From the IMG/VR virus record IMGVR_UViG_3300033149_005642, positions 1 through 50,092 of that record: 50,092 bases of DNA, one strand, 5' to 3'. The translations under genes and the position numbers were made by a program. The notes below the pieces were generated by a model. That model had not been told where the DNA came from and searched no databases. It saw only the letters and a list, made by a program, of their open reading frames with translations. The DNA comes from a virus. Taxonomy: Duplodnaviria > Caudoviricetes. The first letter of the stretch is position 1. Each line of letters opens with the position of its first letter. Positions 1 through 9,505 of the stretch are shown here, one piece after another.

Positions 1-114
1 AAGCCCCGCCGGGGAAGACGGATGCCCCCCAAGGCCCCGTCCCCCGTCAAAAGTCGGCGGTCGGACAAACGCGTCAGCACCCCTGCCGCCGTGCCTGACA
101 TGGCATCTGCTATA
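1..114. repeat. Terminal direct repeat, left copy (identical to 49979-50092); indicates a circular/complete assembly
   Basis: AAGCCCCGCC...GCATCTGCTATA occurs at both ends of the window. Confidence 0.95.
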
Positions 115-190
115 GTGGCATACCTGGAAAACAGGAACGAGTCCGGTAATGGCAGCGTCAACGTTGACACCACGGCGAAAACCGCCCGCG

Positions 191-697
191 ATGACGAAAG
201 CGTTTGAGCAGGGCAGACGGACCACGCCCGAACAGGAGGCGTTGCTCTACGAGTACGCCGATCCGTTCACCCTCTCTAAGCAGTTTCAGACGCTCGGATG
301 GTCCTACGCCGAGGAGATAAGCATTCTCGTGGAGCTCGCCAGGAAAGCGGAAAGCGAGAGCGTCCGGCTCTCCGCCCTCAAAGCTCTCCGGGCCATCTGG
401 ACCCAGGCGATGGAGCTCCACGGCCTTATCCAGAAAGTTTCGCGTTCCATCTCCGGGGAGCACGACAGCGTCCAGATCACCGAATCCCGGATGGCTTCTT
501 TCCTCGAAAAGCCATCTCCCCAAACTCTTTCCGACCCCGCTCCCGAAAGTCTTCCCGAAAGTCTTCCCGAAAGTCTTCCCGAAAGTCTTCCCGAAAGTTC
601 TTCCGAGTCGTCAGAGGTTTCCAAGCCCCGTCCCCCGTCAGAGTTTTCCCAGGAGGGATCGAACGATGTCGGTGTCTGCTCGCCGCCCAAGTTATGA
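191..697 (+). CDS. Hypothetical protein with (PESL)n repeat tail; possibly terminase small subunit-like
   Basis: ORF 149..697 with likely ATG at 191; helical N-terminus, low-complexity C-terminus; TerS role is only a guess. Confidence 0.55.
   Translation: MTKAFEQGRRTTPEQEALLYEYADPFTLSKQFQTLGWSYAEEISILVELARKAESESVRLSALKALRAIWTQAMELHGLIQKVSRSISGEHDSVQITESRMASFLEKPSPQTLSDPAPESLPESLPESLPESLPESSSESSEVSKPRPPSEFSQEGSNDVGVCSPPKL
542..597 (+). repeat. Tandem 12-bp repeat CCCGAAAGTCTT, about 4.7 copies (encodes PESL)
   Basis: Directly visible. Confidence 0.9.
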
Positions 698-992
698 ATC
701 CGTGTGGCCTCCGGTACGCCGGAAGATATCGGAGCCGTTGGTTCGCAGCGTCGTTTACAGGGTGATGTCCGCGCCCGACATCCGTACTATCGGATTGTGG
801 CCGCAGGCTTCGGTCAACAAGCTCGTCGGAATCGTGATGGCGAAGGTCTCGGAGGAGCGTTTCTACCGGCGCGTCATTCCTTTTCTCCGCAAGATATATA
901 GGGGTGATACGGGGAATTCGGAGGCTCTGGCTCGAACCGTGTGCCTGATGGCGTTGTGCGAAGCCGTCACGGAATATTACAACTGGACGTGA
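666..992 (+). CDS. Hypothetical protein
   Basis: Fills the gap between neighbouring + strand genes; start uncertain. Confidence 0.55.
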   Translation: MSVSARRPSYESVWPPVRRKISEPLVRSVVYRVMSAPDIRTIGLWPQASVNKLVGIVMAKVSEERFYRRVIPFLRKIYRGDTGNSEALARTVCLMALCEAVTEYYNWT

Positions 993-1004
993 GGGTTGAG
1001 TCCG

Positions 1005-1382
1005 ATGAGTATAGAACACGACGTGAACGCTGCAGAAGCATACGTCAACAAGCTGCGCGACCGTGTTCCTCTGCTTTCCCGGTGGATCATCAAGGTGGAG
1101 GTGGAGGACCTGAAGTGCGCAGCGGCCAATATCACGTATGATTGGCAATTGGAGAAGGCCCTCATTCGTTTGTCCCCCTCGTGGCGAAGTCGGAGTCTGG
1201 GAACGTTGGAAGACTTGATGAATCACGAGATAGGGCACCTGTTCGCCGACGAGGACCAATCCGAGGAGCAACGCGCCAGTCTCGTCGCTGCTTTGCTGGC
1301 GGCCATTGGCGAAGAGGAGGAGCACGATGTCCGAGGGAGAAAAGAAGCGCAGCGGGGGAAAGGAAGAGAAGCACAGGCATAA
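1005..1382 (+). CDS. HExxH zinc metallopeptidase-like protein
   Basis: LMNHEIGHL motif followed by a downstream acidic EE. Confidence 0.6.
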   Translation: MSIEHDVNAAEAYVNKLRDRVPLLSRWIIKVEVEDLKCAAANITYDWQLEKALIRLSPSWRSRSLGTLEDLMNHEIGHLFADEDQSEEQRASLVAALLAAIGEEEEHDVRGRKEAQRGKGREAQA

Positions 1383-2373
1383 GCCTGGAGGAACGCCGAC
1401 GCCCGCCGGTCTTGTAGCGCGGGATTATTGTCTCCGGTTCCCCCGTGCGCCTACTTGGCAACTCGCTCGTATGCTCAGGCGTGATGAACCCCTCTTGTTC
1501 AAGAGCGTCAAGGCGGCGAGGAGGCTGGTCCTGTATTATCGGGGAGCTTCGGGACACAAGGACCGGGGGAAAGCGGAACGGGGAGGTCGATTGGTTCCTC
1601 GTCTTGAGCTCCCCGAACCTGCTCCCTCACGTTTCCGGTTTCACAAGTTGCCTGACGAGGGGTATCGATGGCTTGTAATCGCCGACCTCCACATTCCTTT
1701 CCATTCCAACGAGGCCATCCGGTTGGCTTTGGATTTCGCTAAAGCCCGGAGCACCCGCTGTGACGCCGTTCTCATCCTGGGGGATTTCATCGACAGTTAT
1801 CAGCTCTCCCATTGGCTTCGGGACCCGCGCGAACGCCGGTTCTCCCAGGAAATCGAGGACGCGACGACCGTTCTGGATGTCATCCTCCAGGAACTCAAGC
1901 CCAAAGCCGTCATCTGGAAAGCCGGTAACCACGAGTATCGCCACGATCGCTATCTCATGCAGCACGCCCCGGAGATTTTCGGCATCGAGGAGTTCAGCAT
2001 TCCGAACTATTGCGACCTCGAACGACGGGGCGTCGAGTGGGTGGAACGGGGACATCCTATCGTATACCGCAACCTCTTGATACTGCACGGTGACGAGTAC
2101 AAGGGAGGTGCCACGTCCCCCGTCAATCCTGCCCGGACGTTCTATCTGCGTACCCATGAGTGCACGTTGGCGGCGCATTTGCACAAGACTTCCGAGCATA
2201 CGGAACAGACGGCTCGCGGCGTCACGATCACGTGTTGGAGTATCGGTTGTCTGTGCGATCTCCATCCTGAATGGAGTCCGCTCAACAAGTGGAATCAGGG
2301 TTTCGCGGTGCTCGACACGCGCGACAACTGGCGGATCGAAAACTACCGTATCGTCGAGGGGGAAATAGTATGA
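1327..2373 (+). CDS. Calcineurin-like metallophosphoesterase
   Basis: ADLH, LGDFID, GNHE, HGD and AHLH motifs in canonical order; GAGGAGG RBS upstream. Confidence 0.88.
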   Translation: MSEGEKKRSGGKEEKHRHKPGGTPTPAGLVARDYCLRFPRAPTWQLARMLRRDEPLLFKSVKAARRLVLYYRGASGHKDRGKAERGGRLVPRLELPEPAPSRFRFHKLPDEGYRWLVIADLHIPFHSNEAIRLALDFAKARSTRCDAVLILGDFIDSYQLSHWLRDPRERRFSQEIEDATTVLDVILQELKPKAVIWKAGNHEYRHDRYLMQHAPEIFGIEEFSIPNYCDLERRGVEWVERGHPIVYRNLLILHGDEYKGGATSPVNPARTFYLRTHECTLAAHLHKTSEHTEQTARGVTITCWSIGCLCDLHPEWSPLNKWNQGFAVLDTRDNWRIENYRIVEGEIV

Positions 2374-2411
2374 GAACATGTAAAGTACCAGAACTGGGAG
2401 GAGGATGAATC

Positions 2412-2666
2412 ATGAAAGACAGGCTGGTCCAGTGCAACTGCACGTTAGACCTCAACGTGGTGGTGAACGCATTTCATAGGAACCGGCGGGGTGGGAAGAA
2501 GTTCACTAACTTCAAACCGATAGAGGTGTCCGTCGGGCCTGTGAAGATCAGTCATGATATGCCGTATGACCTGGCTCGGCGTGTAGTCCAGTGGCTTGAG
2601 AGGAAGCGTCTTCTCGACGACGAGGAGTGGCGGGACGAGAACGACCGCATCGTCAACAGGAGGTAG
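2412..2666 (+). CDS. Hypothetical protein
   Basis: GGAGGAGG RBS, operon packing. Confidence 0.6.
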   Translation: MKDRLVQCNCTLDLNVVVNAFHRNRRGGKKFTNFKPIEVSVGPVKISHDMPYDLARRVVQWLERKRLLDDEEWRDENDRIVNRR

Positions 2667-2667
2667 A

Positions 2668-3018
2668 ATGATGAATCCGGAAACGGTGGACAAGTTGCGG
2701 GAACTGCTCGGCGACGCGGCGGACAAGCTCCAACCTCTCGGTGAGGAACTCGTCCGCCAGGTCCAAGCGAGGGCGTTGTTTATGGGGATTGTGGATTCGG
2801 TCTTGGCTGGCGTAGCATTGTTGATTGCCCTTCTTATGGCTGGCCTGATATATAGACACCGGGAGGCGATTTTCTCCGACGACGGTAATGGGCCGCCTGC
2901 CATCATGGGAGGCATAATCTGTCTCATCCTGATGGTTGCTGGTATTGTAGCGCTGGACGCCGCGCTGGGTCAGTTCTGCGTTTATTTCGCTCCTCTCGTA
3001 CATCTCATTGGAAAGTGA
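2668..3018 (+). CDS. Membrane protein with 2 predicted TM helices
   Basis: Two long hydrophobic stretches; AGGAGG RBS. Confidence 0.7.
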   Translation: MMNPETVDKLRELLGDAADKLQPLGEELVRQVQARALFMGIVDSVLAGVALLIALLMAGLIYRHREAIFSDDGNGPPAIMGGIICLILMVAGIVALDAALGQFCVYFAPLVHLIGK

Positions 3019-3027
3019 GGGAATGGG

Positions 3028-3498
3028 ATGAAGATCGCCTACATCAGCGGGCCGTATCGTTCGTCGTCTGGTGACGACGCGGTATGGACGAATATCATGG
3101 AGGCGAGGCGAGTCGCCCGGAAATGGTGGAAGAAGGAAGACATAAGTTTCGTGGTGTGCCCCCATATCAACTCGATGTTCATGGATGGGACCGACATCCC
3201 TTCGGAGAGATTCATCGCGGGGGACATCGCGTTCATTCGTGAACGGATGCAACCAACGGACTTCTTCGTGTTGCTTCCCGGCTGGCAGGGATCGGAGGGA
3301 GCACGGAAAGAATTGGCGGTCGCCCGTGCCGTGGGATGCCAGATCATAGAGGAACCGGCCCTGGACGACCCCATGACCTCCTCGCCGACGATGTCTACGC
3401 GACCTTCGACATCGTTACCGAGCGGTAGCGTCAAGGTGATCTCGAATGATTTCAGGGGATCATATTCCACGGCACCGAAGTTATATATCCGAGAGTGA
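3028..3498 (+). CDS. DUF4406/DUF1937-like (nucleoside deoxyribosyltransferase-fold) protein
   Basis: YISGPY...CPH...LLPGWQGSEGARKE signature. Confidence 0.75.
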   Translation: MKIAYISGPYRSSSGDDAVWTNIMEARRVARKWWKKEDISFVVCPHINSMFMDGTDIPSERFIAGDIAFIRERMQPTDFFVLLPGWQGSEGARKELAVARAVGCQIIEEPALDDPMTSSPTMSTRPSTSLPSGSVKVISNDFRGSYSTAPKLYIRE

Positions 3499-3517
3499 AT
3501 GGGTGAGCGAATCGAGA

Positions 3518-3658
3518 ATGTTGGAGGGACCCGAAGTGATAAGGCTGATTTTGCTGTTCTGGTGCAAGCTGCGTGGGCATCGGATTATGAGACGCTATGA
3601 CAAGTTCGGCAGGTCATACGTGAAATGCCTGCGATGTGGAACCACTTGGAGGAGGTAG
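3518..3658 (+). CDS. Small Cys/His protein (DUF1660-like)
   Basis: CKLRGH...CLRCG pattern. Confidence 0.5.
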   Translation: MLEGPEVIRLILLFWCKLRGHRIMRRYDKFGRSYVKCLRCGTTWRR

Positions 3659-3663
3659 ATGAA

Positions 3664-3924
3664 ATGTTCGTGTCCGTCAATTTCTGTACACGATGCGGGT
3701 ATAAGACGCTTGTGGACCACAATTGCGTGGTATGCGAATTGCGGAAGGCGCTAAAGGACGCCGAGCGTCGACTCCGGTACATTCAGCAAAACCTCAGCGA
3801 TAACGTTGCGATTCGATTCGCTCTGAAGGCTTCTGACTCTGAGCTTGAGCAGGCGATGAGAATCGCCGAGGAGGAAAAACAGGAAGAAGCGTTCAACAAT
3901 GGACAATTCGGCGTAGGTGCTTGA
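3664..3924 (+). CDS. Zinc-ribbon hypothetical protein
   Basis: CTRC...CVVC; GGAGGAGG RBS. Confidence 0.6.
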   Translation: MFVSVNFCTRCGYKTLVDHNCVVCELRKALKDAERRLRYIQQNLSDNVAIRFALKASDSELEQAMRIAEEEKQEEAFNNGQFGVGA

Positions 3925-3937
3925 AAGGAGGAATGAC

Positions 3938-4147
3938 ATGGCCAAGTATCGCAAGAAACCTGTAGTCGTAGAAGCCTATCGCACAAAGGTGAAACGAGTC
4001 ATTCACACGCTGGAAGGTGACATGGTGGCCAATCCAGGCGACTGGATTATTACCGGCGTGAAGGGCGAGGTGTATCCGTGCAAGGACGATGTTTTTCGCG
4101 CCACTTATGAGCCTGTGAAAGATGTTCGGCAGGAAAAAAGGAAATGA
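3938..4147 (+). CDS. Conserved small phage protein (PGDYG-like)
   Basis: YRKKPVVVEA...TLEGDMVANPGDWIITGVKGEVYPCK..VF..TY; AGGAGG RBS. Confidence 0.85.
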   Translation: MAKYRKKPVVVEAYRTKVKRVIHTLEGDMVANPGDWIITGVKGEVYPCKDDVFRATYEPVKDVRQEKRK

Positions 4148-4188
4148 CGACCAATGATTTCGGCGACGGACACGGTGGAGACGGGTAA

Positions 4189-6000
4189 GTGATGAGTCTG
4201 GAACGGGAAGTTCTGGAGTACCTGCCCAGGGATTATGGGGAGTTGACGAAGGACGGGAAGCGGAAGGCCCGCCTCGCCATTCTTCATACTCAGGCTACGC
4301 CCGATGATTACGTGCGCGCCTGGAAGTTCTTCAGGTACGTTTACCTCCTTCAATCGGGCATCTTCTATAAGCGCTTCGTTCCGTCTCCCGCCTACCACGA
4401 ACAAGGAATCAGGGATTTCGCTACGTATCACCTCAACATCTTCGTGGCTCCTCGCGGAGGCGCGAAGTCCACCGTTTTCCTGGAGGAGAACTCGCTGCTC
4501 CTTCTGCTGACCCATCCGCGTATCGTCATCGTGGCAGTTACGTCCACGTTGTCGTTGGTGGAGGAGCGCTTCGATCACCTGATGATCCAGTTGACCGAGA
4601 ATGACTTCATCCTGCACGACTTCGGGAAGCTGCGACCTCCACGGGGTGGGGGCATGTGGAGCCGGAGAAACCTGCGGTTGACGAACCAGGCCCGGATAGT
4701 GGGATTCCCGGTGGAAGGACGGAAGCGGGGAGCGCGTCCCGACGTGGTGTTGTTGGATGACCCGGAGTACGATCCGAAGAATGAGATGTCGGGGACGCGG
4801 CTCCGGGAAGAGTTCGAGGGCATGATGTTCCGGCAGATATTCCCGATGATCGGGACGAGAGGACGACTCTTCTGGAACGGGACATTCATCAGCCGGGCTT
4901 CTTACATTTACCATGCGGCTACGACTCAGGATGACAAGCGGTTCCTGCACTGGAACCGCCGTATCATCCCGGCGGCGGAGGAGCAGGATGACGGAACGTA
5001 CAAGTTGGCGTGGCCGGAATATTGGTCGAGGAAGGACTTGCTGAAGTTGCGGGCGCAAATGGGATACGGGGCCTATGCCGCCGAGATGTTGAACAGGCCG
5101 GTGTCCGACAAGGAGCGGATACTGCGACTCGATCCCGAACTGGATACTTATGCAGTGGATGGGGAGTGGCAGCGTGATCCCTACAACTCGCAGGCTGTCC
5201 TCCATTACGTGGAGACGGATATACGGACGGGAGAGTCTACGCCGGTATCCAGACCGTTCGGGGAGTTCATGCGGAGCCTCTACGTATTGTTTGCGGTGGA
5301 CTACGCGCCGACGGTGGGTCAGTTCTCCGATTTCTCCGTAATTCACGTCATGGGGTTCGACCATCATGATACGTTGTGGTCGCTGGACCTCTGGCAGGGA
5401 AAGGTGTATACGGCGGAACTCATCGCCCGCATCTTCAAGATGGGAGAAATATGGAGGCCGAAGGTGGTGGGGATAGAGGCTGTGGCCGTCCAATACGAGA
5501 TATACGAAAGGGTGAAGGCCGAGTTGCCTCTCTCGATGACGGGGTGGAGTCCCCGTATCCTCCCCGTCCGATATCCTCCTAACGTCTCGAAGGCCGACCG
5601 GTGCGCTTCCCTCCAGTGGCGCTTCAATTGCCATCGCATCAAATATCCGCGAGGCCGCACGGATACTCCCAATTCTGCGTATGCGGCCCTGTTCGCCCAG
5701 ACCGAGAACTTCACGATGGATATGGCGTTGCTGGCCCACGATGACTGCCTGGATACGGTGGCGATGGTACCATATATAGCCAGGGGGAGAGGGAAGAGGC
5801 CGGATGGGCGGGGAGATAGGAAGCCTTCGTTGATGAAGAGGACAAAGGGGGGGTTCAGGCGGCTGGAGGCGATGAATGCCTCGGAACTGACCCCCGAACA
5901 GATACAGGAACTCCTTGACATGGAGGCGGAGGAGGAGTACACTCTCCATAGGGAAGGGGCCGTACCACCTCCCTTGTCGGAAACGACGGTAATGGAATGA
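4189..6000 (+). CDS. terL: Terminase large subunit
   Basis: Walker A APRGGAKST, RGARPDVVLLDDPE Walker B region, C-terminal nuclease VDYA...SDFS...HDDCLD; upstream of portal. Confidence 0.9.
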   Translation: MMSLEREVLEYLPRDYGELTKDGKRKARLAILHTQATPDDYVRAWKFFRYVYLLQSGIFYKRFVPSPAYHEQGIRDFATYHLNIFVAPRGGAKSTVFLEENSLLLLLTHPRIVIVAVTSTLSLVEERFDHLMIQLTENDFILHDFGKLRPPRGGGMWSRRNLRLTNQARIVGFPVEGRKRGARPDVVLLDDPEYDPKNEMSGTRLREEFEGMMFRQIFPMIGTRGRLFWNGTFISRASYIYHAATTQDDKRFLHWNRRIIPAAEEQDDGTYKLAWPEYWSRKDLLKLRAQMGYGAYAAEMLNRPVSDKERILRLDPELDTYAVDGEWQRDPYNSQAVLHYVETDIRTGESTPVSRPFGEFMRSLYVLFAVDYAPTVGQFSDFSVIHVMGFDHHDTLWSLDLWQGKVYTAELIARIFKMGEIWRPKVVGIEAVAVQYEIYERVKAELPLSMTGWSPRILPVRYPPNVSKADRCASLQWRFNCHRIKYPRGRTDTPNSAYAALFAQTENFTMDMALLAHDDCLDTVAMVPYIARGRGKRPDGRGDRKPSLMKRTKGGFRRLEAMNASELTPEQIQELLDMEAEEEYTLHREGAVPPPLSETTVME

Positions 6001-6051
6001 ATTCATCGGTGATGGAATAAATTCATCGGTGATGGAATAAATTCATCGGTG
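5992..6051. repeat. Intergenic tandem 20-bp repeat ATGGAATAAATTCATCGGTG x3 (imperfectly palindromic)
   Basis: Directly visible between terL and the next gene. Confidence 0.9.
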
Positions 6052-6062
6052 GTGACAACGAA

Positions 6063-6437
6063 ATGCTGACTTGGATGTTGGTGCTCCTGATAGTGTCAGT
6101 GACGCTGCAGGGAATCACCCTCTTTGCGTTGGGTTATGGGCTGTGGTTCTTCTCCTCCACACCAGGGGGGCAACCCACCCCGGCGGAGGTTCCCTCGCCC
6201 TCCGTCGAACCACGCTCCACCGAGCGAGTTGCCCCCCGCCCGCCCCCTCCCGTGGCCGCTTCCCGTGTCAGGCAGTTTCTTGAGGACCAGGAACGCGCCG
6301 CCGCCGTAGCCGAGAAGGCGGAATGGGAGGAGGAGTTGAAACGTCCCGGCGTCCTCCTGGACGTAGGATTGGACGGGTTCTCCACGATGAGTGAGACGGG
6401 CGGACCCGACAAGATTGGAGAGTTCATCAGTCAATGA
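6063..6437 (+). CDS. Membrane-anchored hypothetical protein
   Basis: N-terminal hydrophobic segment, Pro-rich linker; stop overlaps portal ATG (ATGA). Confidence 0.65.
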   Translation: MLTWMLVLLIVSVTLQGITLFALGYGLWFFSSTPGGQPTPAEVPSPSVEPRSTERVAPRPPPPVAASRVRQFLEDQERAAAVAEKAEWEEELKRPGVLLDVGLDGFSTMSETGGPDKIGEFISQ

Positions 6438-8482
6438 TTTCCACCTACCTGTTTCCCGAAGACCGGCGAGACGCGGAGAAGGCGCTGGAGGACGCCGCGC
6501 AGGCCGCCATAGCCATTCGTAACGTCCATTCCGTCGGATGGATCATCAACTATCATTATCTCAACGGTATTCGGTCGTTTCCCCTCATCAACTACCGGGA
6601 CGGACGTGTCCAGATAAGGTATTCCAACCAGAAAGGGCAACAGGGTTTCCGCTATGAGGAAGCTCTGGTCCGGTTCACCAACGAACTCGGTCGTCTGTCC
6701 CGTATGGACATCGCGCCGTCCGTAAAACTCCTAGGCATGAGCCTCGACGGCGTTCGGAAGCGTTCCGTAGCTCAAATCGTTCTGTCCAGTCTCTACAATC
6801 CCAGTTACCTCGACACCGTCAAGATTCCGTTCCTGCGGGTGCTCCTCGCTTTCGGCACGGCGGGTATAGCGGGTTGGCGGGTGGAAGGCCCGGACGGCTA
6901 TCCTCGTTACCCCCTCGAAGTGATACCACCTTGGGAGCTTCTGCCCTTTCCCGCCGACCCGGTAGTGCCTGCGGACGAAAAGGGTCTCATTCGGACTCGT
7001 TGGGTTCCGATAGAGTGGCTCAAAACCCATAAGGACGTGTGGAAACGTATCGACCGGTCCCGCCACAACGAGATAAAAGTGATCCGAGTGACTTACGGAA
7101 ACGTGACCACGAGGGAGGCCGGTCCCCAGGCCGGTGCCTCTTCCAACTATCGCTTCTCCGCCGAAATCCGGGAGGGACTCTCGGATGCGATGCTGAAAAG
7201 AGACGGAACGGGGGGCGGTAAGGACATGAGGACGCAGGAGTTCGTAAACCTCCGGGAACTTTGGCTTTACAACGAACTGGGGAAGGTGAGCCAGTACGTG
7301 GTGACGGTGGGAGGCGTGTGTGCCATCAACGATAAGTTCGAGGGCCACGACGCCTATCCTCCCCCCATCGGGATCGCCCGATATCATCATGTCGGCGGGT
7401 TCTGGGGTCGATCCTTCGTCGGACCCCTCATTCCCATCGTGGATGAGACCGAAAAGATGCTGGCGAACCTCTTCACCAACATCCAGGACCTCGACCTCTT
7501 CGGTCTCGTCCTCGTACCTACGACTTCCGGCATCAATCTCAACGCGCTCAACGCCCGCCGGAGGCCCCGTGCCATGCCATACGAGCCGGACGTGGCGGCT
7601 CCCCAACACAAACCCTTCAATCTCACTCCTGCCAATACCGGTACTCTTCCGGGAGAGGTGGCGAAGATGGGGATGGACGTGGTGGAGCGGCTTTCCGGCC
7701 AAACCCAGATGCTCCAGGGCGAGGCTCCGGGCCGTGTAGACTCCGCCAGGGCTCTCGGTCTCCTTATGGAAACCTCGTCCATTCCGCTCGGAGGACCAGC
7801 CGCCACCGTCGCCGCCGCCTTCTCCCTCGTCTATGCCTCCGTCCTGTACGACGCGAGAAAGAGGATGGACGCAAAAGGCGTCGTAAAATATACCTTCCTG
7901 GATGATACGCTTGCGGGAGTAGTCCTCGACCCCGATGGCAACATCTCGCTTGCTGAGAACGCCATTCCCGACCCCGACGAGATCGAGATTTCCATTGCCA
8001 GCCGTTACCCGCAATCCTCCGAGCAGCGGAAAGAGGAACTCTTCCTCCTTCTCAAGGCCGGACTTATCAGCCCCCGGCAATTCCGCATCCAGGCCCGCAT
8101 CCTCGGTCTCGATCTCCCCGTCTCCAACGACGCGGAGTGGGAAAACTATCGACAGGCAGTTCTCAACAACATCCGGCTCTTCAACGACGGCGAAACCCCC
8201 GGCGAGGTGGTGATCGGCGAGCACGAGAACCACGAGATACACCTGGAACGCATCGATGCCTTTATGGCCCGGCCCGAATACCGGCTCGCCAGCGCGGCAG
8301 TCCGGGAAGCCTTCGAGAAGTTGCGGGAAGAGAGACGAGTACGCATGGGCGTATACCCCGATCAGCTTCCTTATCCTGAAGAAATGGCGATGGAGGAAAC
8401 CCAGGGAGGACCTCCGTCTCCTGCAGCGATGGCTGCGCAGGCCGTGCAGCCGTCCCAGGCCCAACAGGTTCCGATAGAATAG
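6434..8482 (+). CDS. Portal protein
   Basis: 682 aa; position between TerL and scaffold; FGTA, FWGRSFVGPLIP, SGQTQMLQG portal-like segments; Q/A-rich tail. Confidence 0.8.
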   Translation: MISTYLFPEDRRDAEKALEDAAQAAIAIRNVHSVGWIINYHYLNGIRSFPLINYRDGRVQIRYSNQKGQQGFRYEEALVRFTNELGRLSRMDIAPSVKLLGMSLDGVRKRSVAQIVLSSLYNPSYLDTVKIPFLRVLLAFGTAGIAGWRVEGPDGYPRYPLEVIPPWELLPFPADPVVPADEKGLIRTRWVPIEWLKTHKDVWKRIDRSRHNEIKVIRVTYGNVTTREAGPQAGASSNYRFSAEIREGLSDAMLKRDGTGGGKDMRTQEFVNLRELWLYNELGKVSQYVVTVGGVCAINDKFEGHDAYPPPIGIARYHHVGGFWGRSFVGPLIPIVDETEKMLANLFTNIQDLDLFGLVLVPTTSGINLNALNARRRPRAMPYEPDVAAPQHKPFNLTPANTGTLPGEVAKMGMDVVERLSGQTQMLQGEAPGRVDSARALGLLMETSSIPLGGPAATVAAAFSLVYASVLYDARKRMDAKGVVKYTFLDDTLAGVVLDPDGNISLAENAIPDPDEIEISIASRYPQSSEQRKEELFLLLKAGLISPRQFRIQARILGLDLPVSNDAEWENYRQAVLNNIRLFNDGETPGEVVIGEHENHEIHLERIDAFMARPEYRLASAAVREAFEKLREERRVRMGVYPDQLPYPEEMAMEETQGGPPSPAAMAAQAVQPSQAQQVPIE

Positions 8483-8492
8483 GAGGCCAATT

Positions 8493-9404
8493 ATGCCGGA
8501 CGAATTGAGAAACGATCAGGACGCAAAGCAGGAGCCGGAACAGGGTGCGGCTCCGGAGACCCCCGCTCCCGCCAAGGAAGAGCCGGACGAGGAGGATGCA
8601 CCACAGACGTTCACTGTCACGGTGAACGGGGAGAAGAGAACGATCACTTTGGAGGAGGCCCTGAAGGCTTACGAGAAGGTGACGGGTGCCGATGAGAAGT
8701 TTCGGGCAGCCGCCGACCTCGCCAAGCAAGCCCAGAAAGGCATACGAATATCCGAACTGTTGGAGAAGGGACGACGGGAGCCGCTCTCCCAATCCGAACT
8801 CATCGAATACGCCAACCTCCTCGGTATTCCACAGGAGGACGTCCTGGCCGCCATGACGGGGGAAGAAGAGGAGGACGAAGGGGAAGAGACGGGGAGCGCC
8901 GCCTCTCCCAGCCTTCCCAAGACCCCGTCCCCCGTCAAGTTCGAGGATTTGGACCCCCAACTGCAACGTGACCTGGAAAAGTTGAGGGAACAGGAGATAG
9001 AACGGGGAAGGGAGGCTATCCGTAAGGAAGTGACGGAGGCTGTTGACAAAGACAAGGTTCTTGGTAAAATGATAGCGGCTTCACCGGACCGCGCCGAAGC
9101 GATCCGGAATCTGGTGCTTATGGAGGTGGAACGGGAAGCGATCGTGTACGGGCAGGAGTACGGACCCGACATGGTGAATAGAGCGATTCAGATCGCTCGG
9201 TCGATAGTCACCTCGCTCGGTACGCCGGAAAGGCCCCAGGAACCCGCACTTCGGGGACTGGGTGTGGCTCCCTCGCTCGGCTCTGAGAGCTTCTATACGG
9301 GGAAACCTCCTAAGCGCGTTCCCGTGACGGACGGTGATTACGAGGACGTGGCAGTACAGCGCTTCTACGCGAGACAGGCGCAACTGCGGGCCGGGTCCCA
9401 ATAA
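8493..9404 (+). CDS. Capsid scaffolding protein
   Basis: Acidic N-terminus, TVTVNGEKRTITLEEALKAY motif, coiled coil; between portal and capsid; AGGAGG RBS. Confidence 0.75.
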   Translation: MPDELRNDQDAKQEPEQGAAPETPAPAKEEPDEEDAPQTFTVTVNGEKRTITLEEALKAYEKVTGADEKFRAAADLAKQAQKGIRISELLEKGRREPLSQSELIEYANLLGIPQEDVLAAMTGEEEEDEGEETGSAASPSLPKTPSPVKFEDLDPQLQRDLEKLREQEIERGREAIRKEVTEAVDKDKVLGKMIAASPDRAEAIRNLVLMEVEREAIVYGQEYGPDMVNRAIQIARSIVTSLGTPERPQEPALRGLGVAPSLGSESFYTGKPPKRVPVTDGDYEDVAVQRFYARQAQLRAGSQ

Positions 9405-9505
9405 ATCCGGCATCAGGCGTTCCTCAGTGAACCGGAACAGAAGGGGACGGCTGTGGGTCTTCGTTTTGGGACATACATCTTAGGTGACGTTTCGGAGGCA
9501 ATGCA

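Noticed and set aside
1-114. Physical direct terminal repeat of the virion DNA
   Set aside because: It falls inside a gene and looks like an assembler overlap; real termini cannot be determined from the sequence alone
5992-6051. Possible mini CRISPR array
   Set aside because: The repeats are directly adjacent with no spacers
4105-8464. Long - strand ORFs (4105..6006, 6731..8464)
   Set aside because: Antisense shadows of terL and portal in GC-rich DNA, with no motifs
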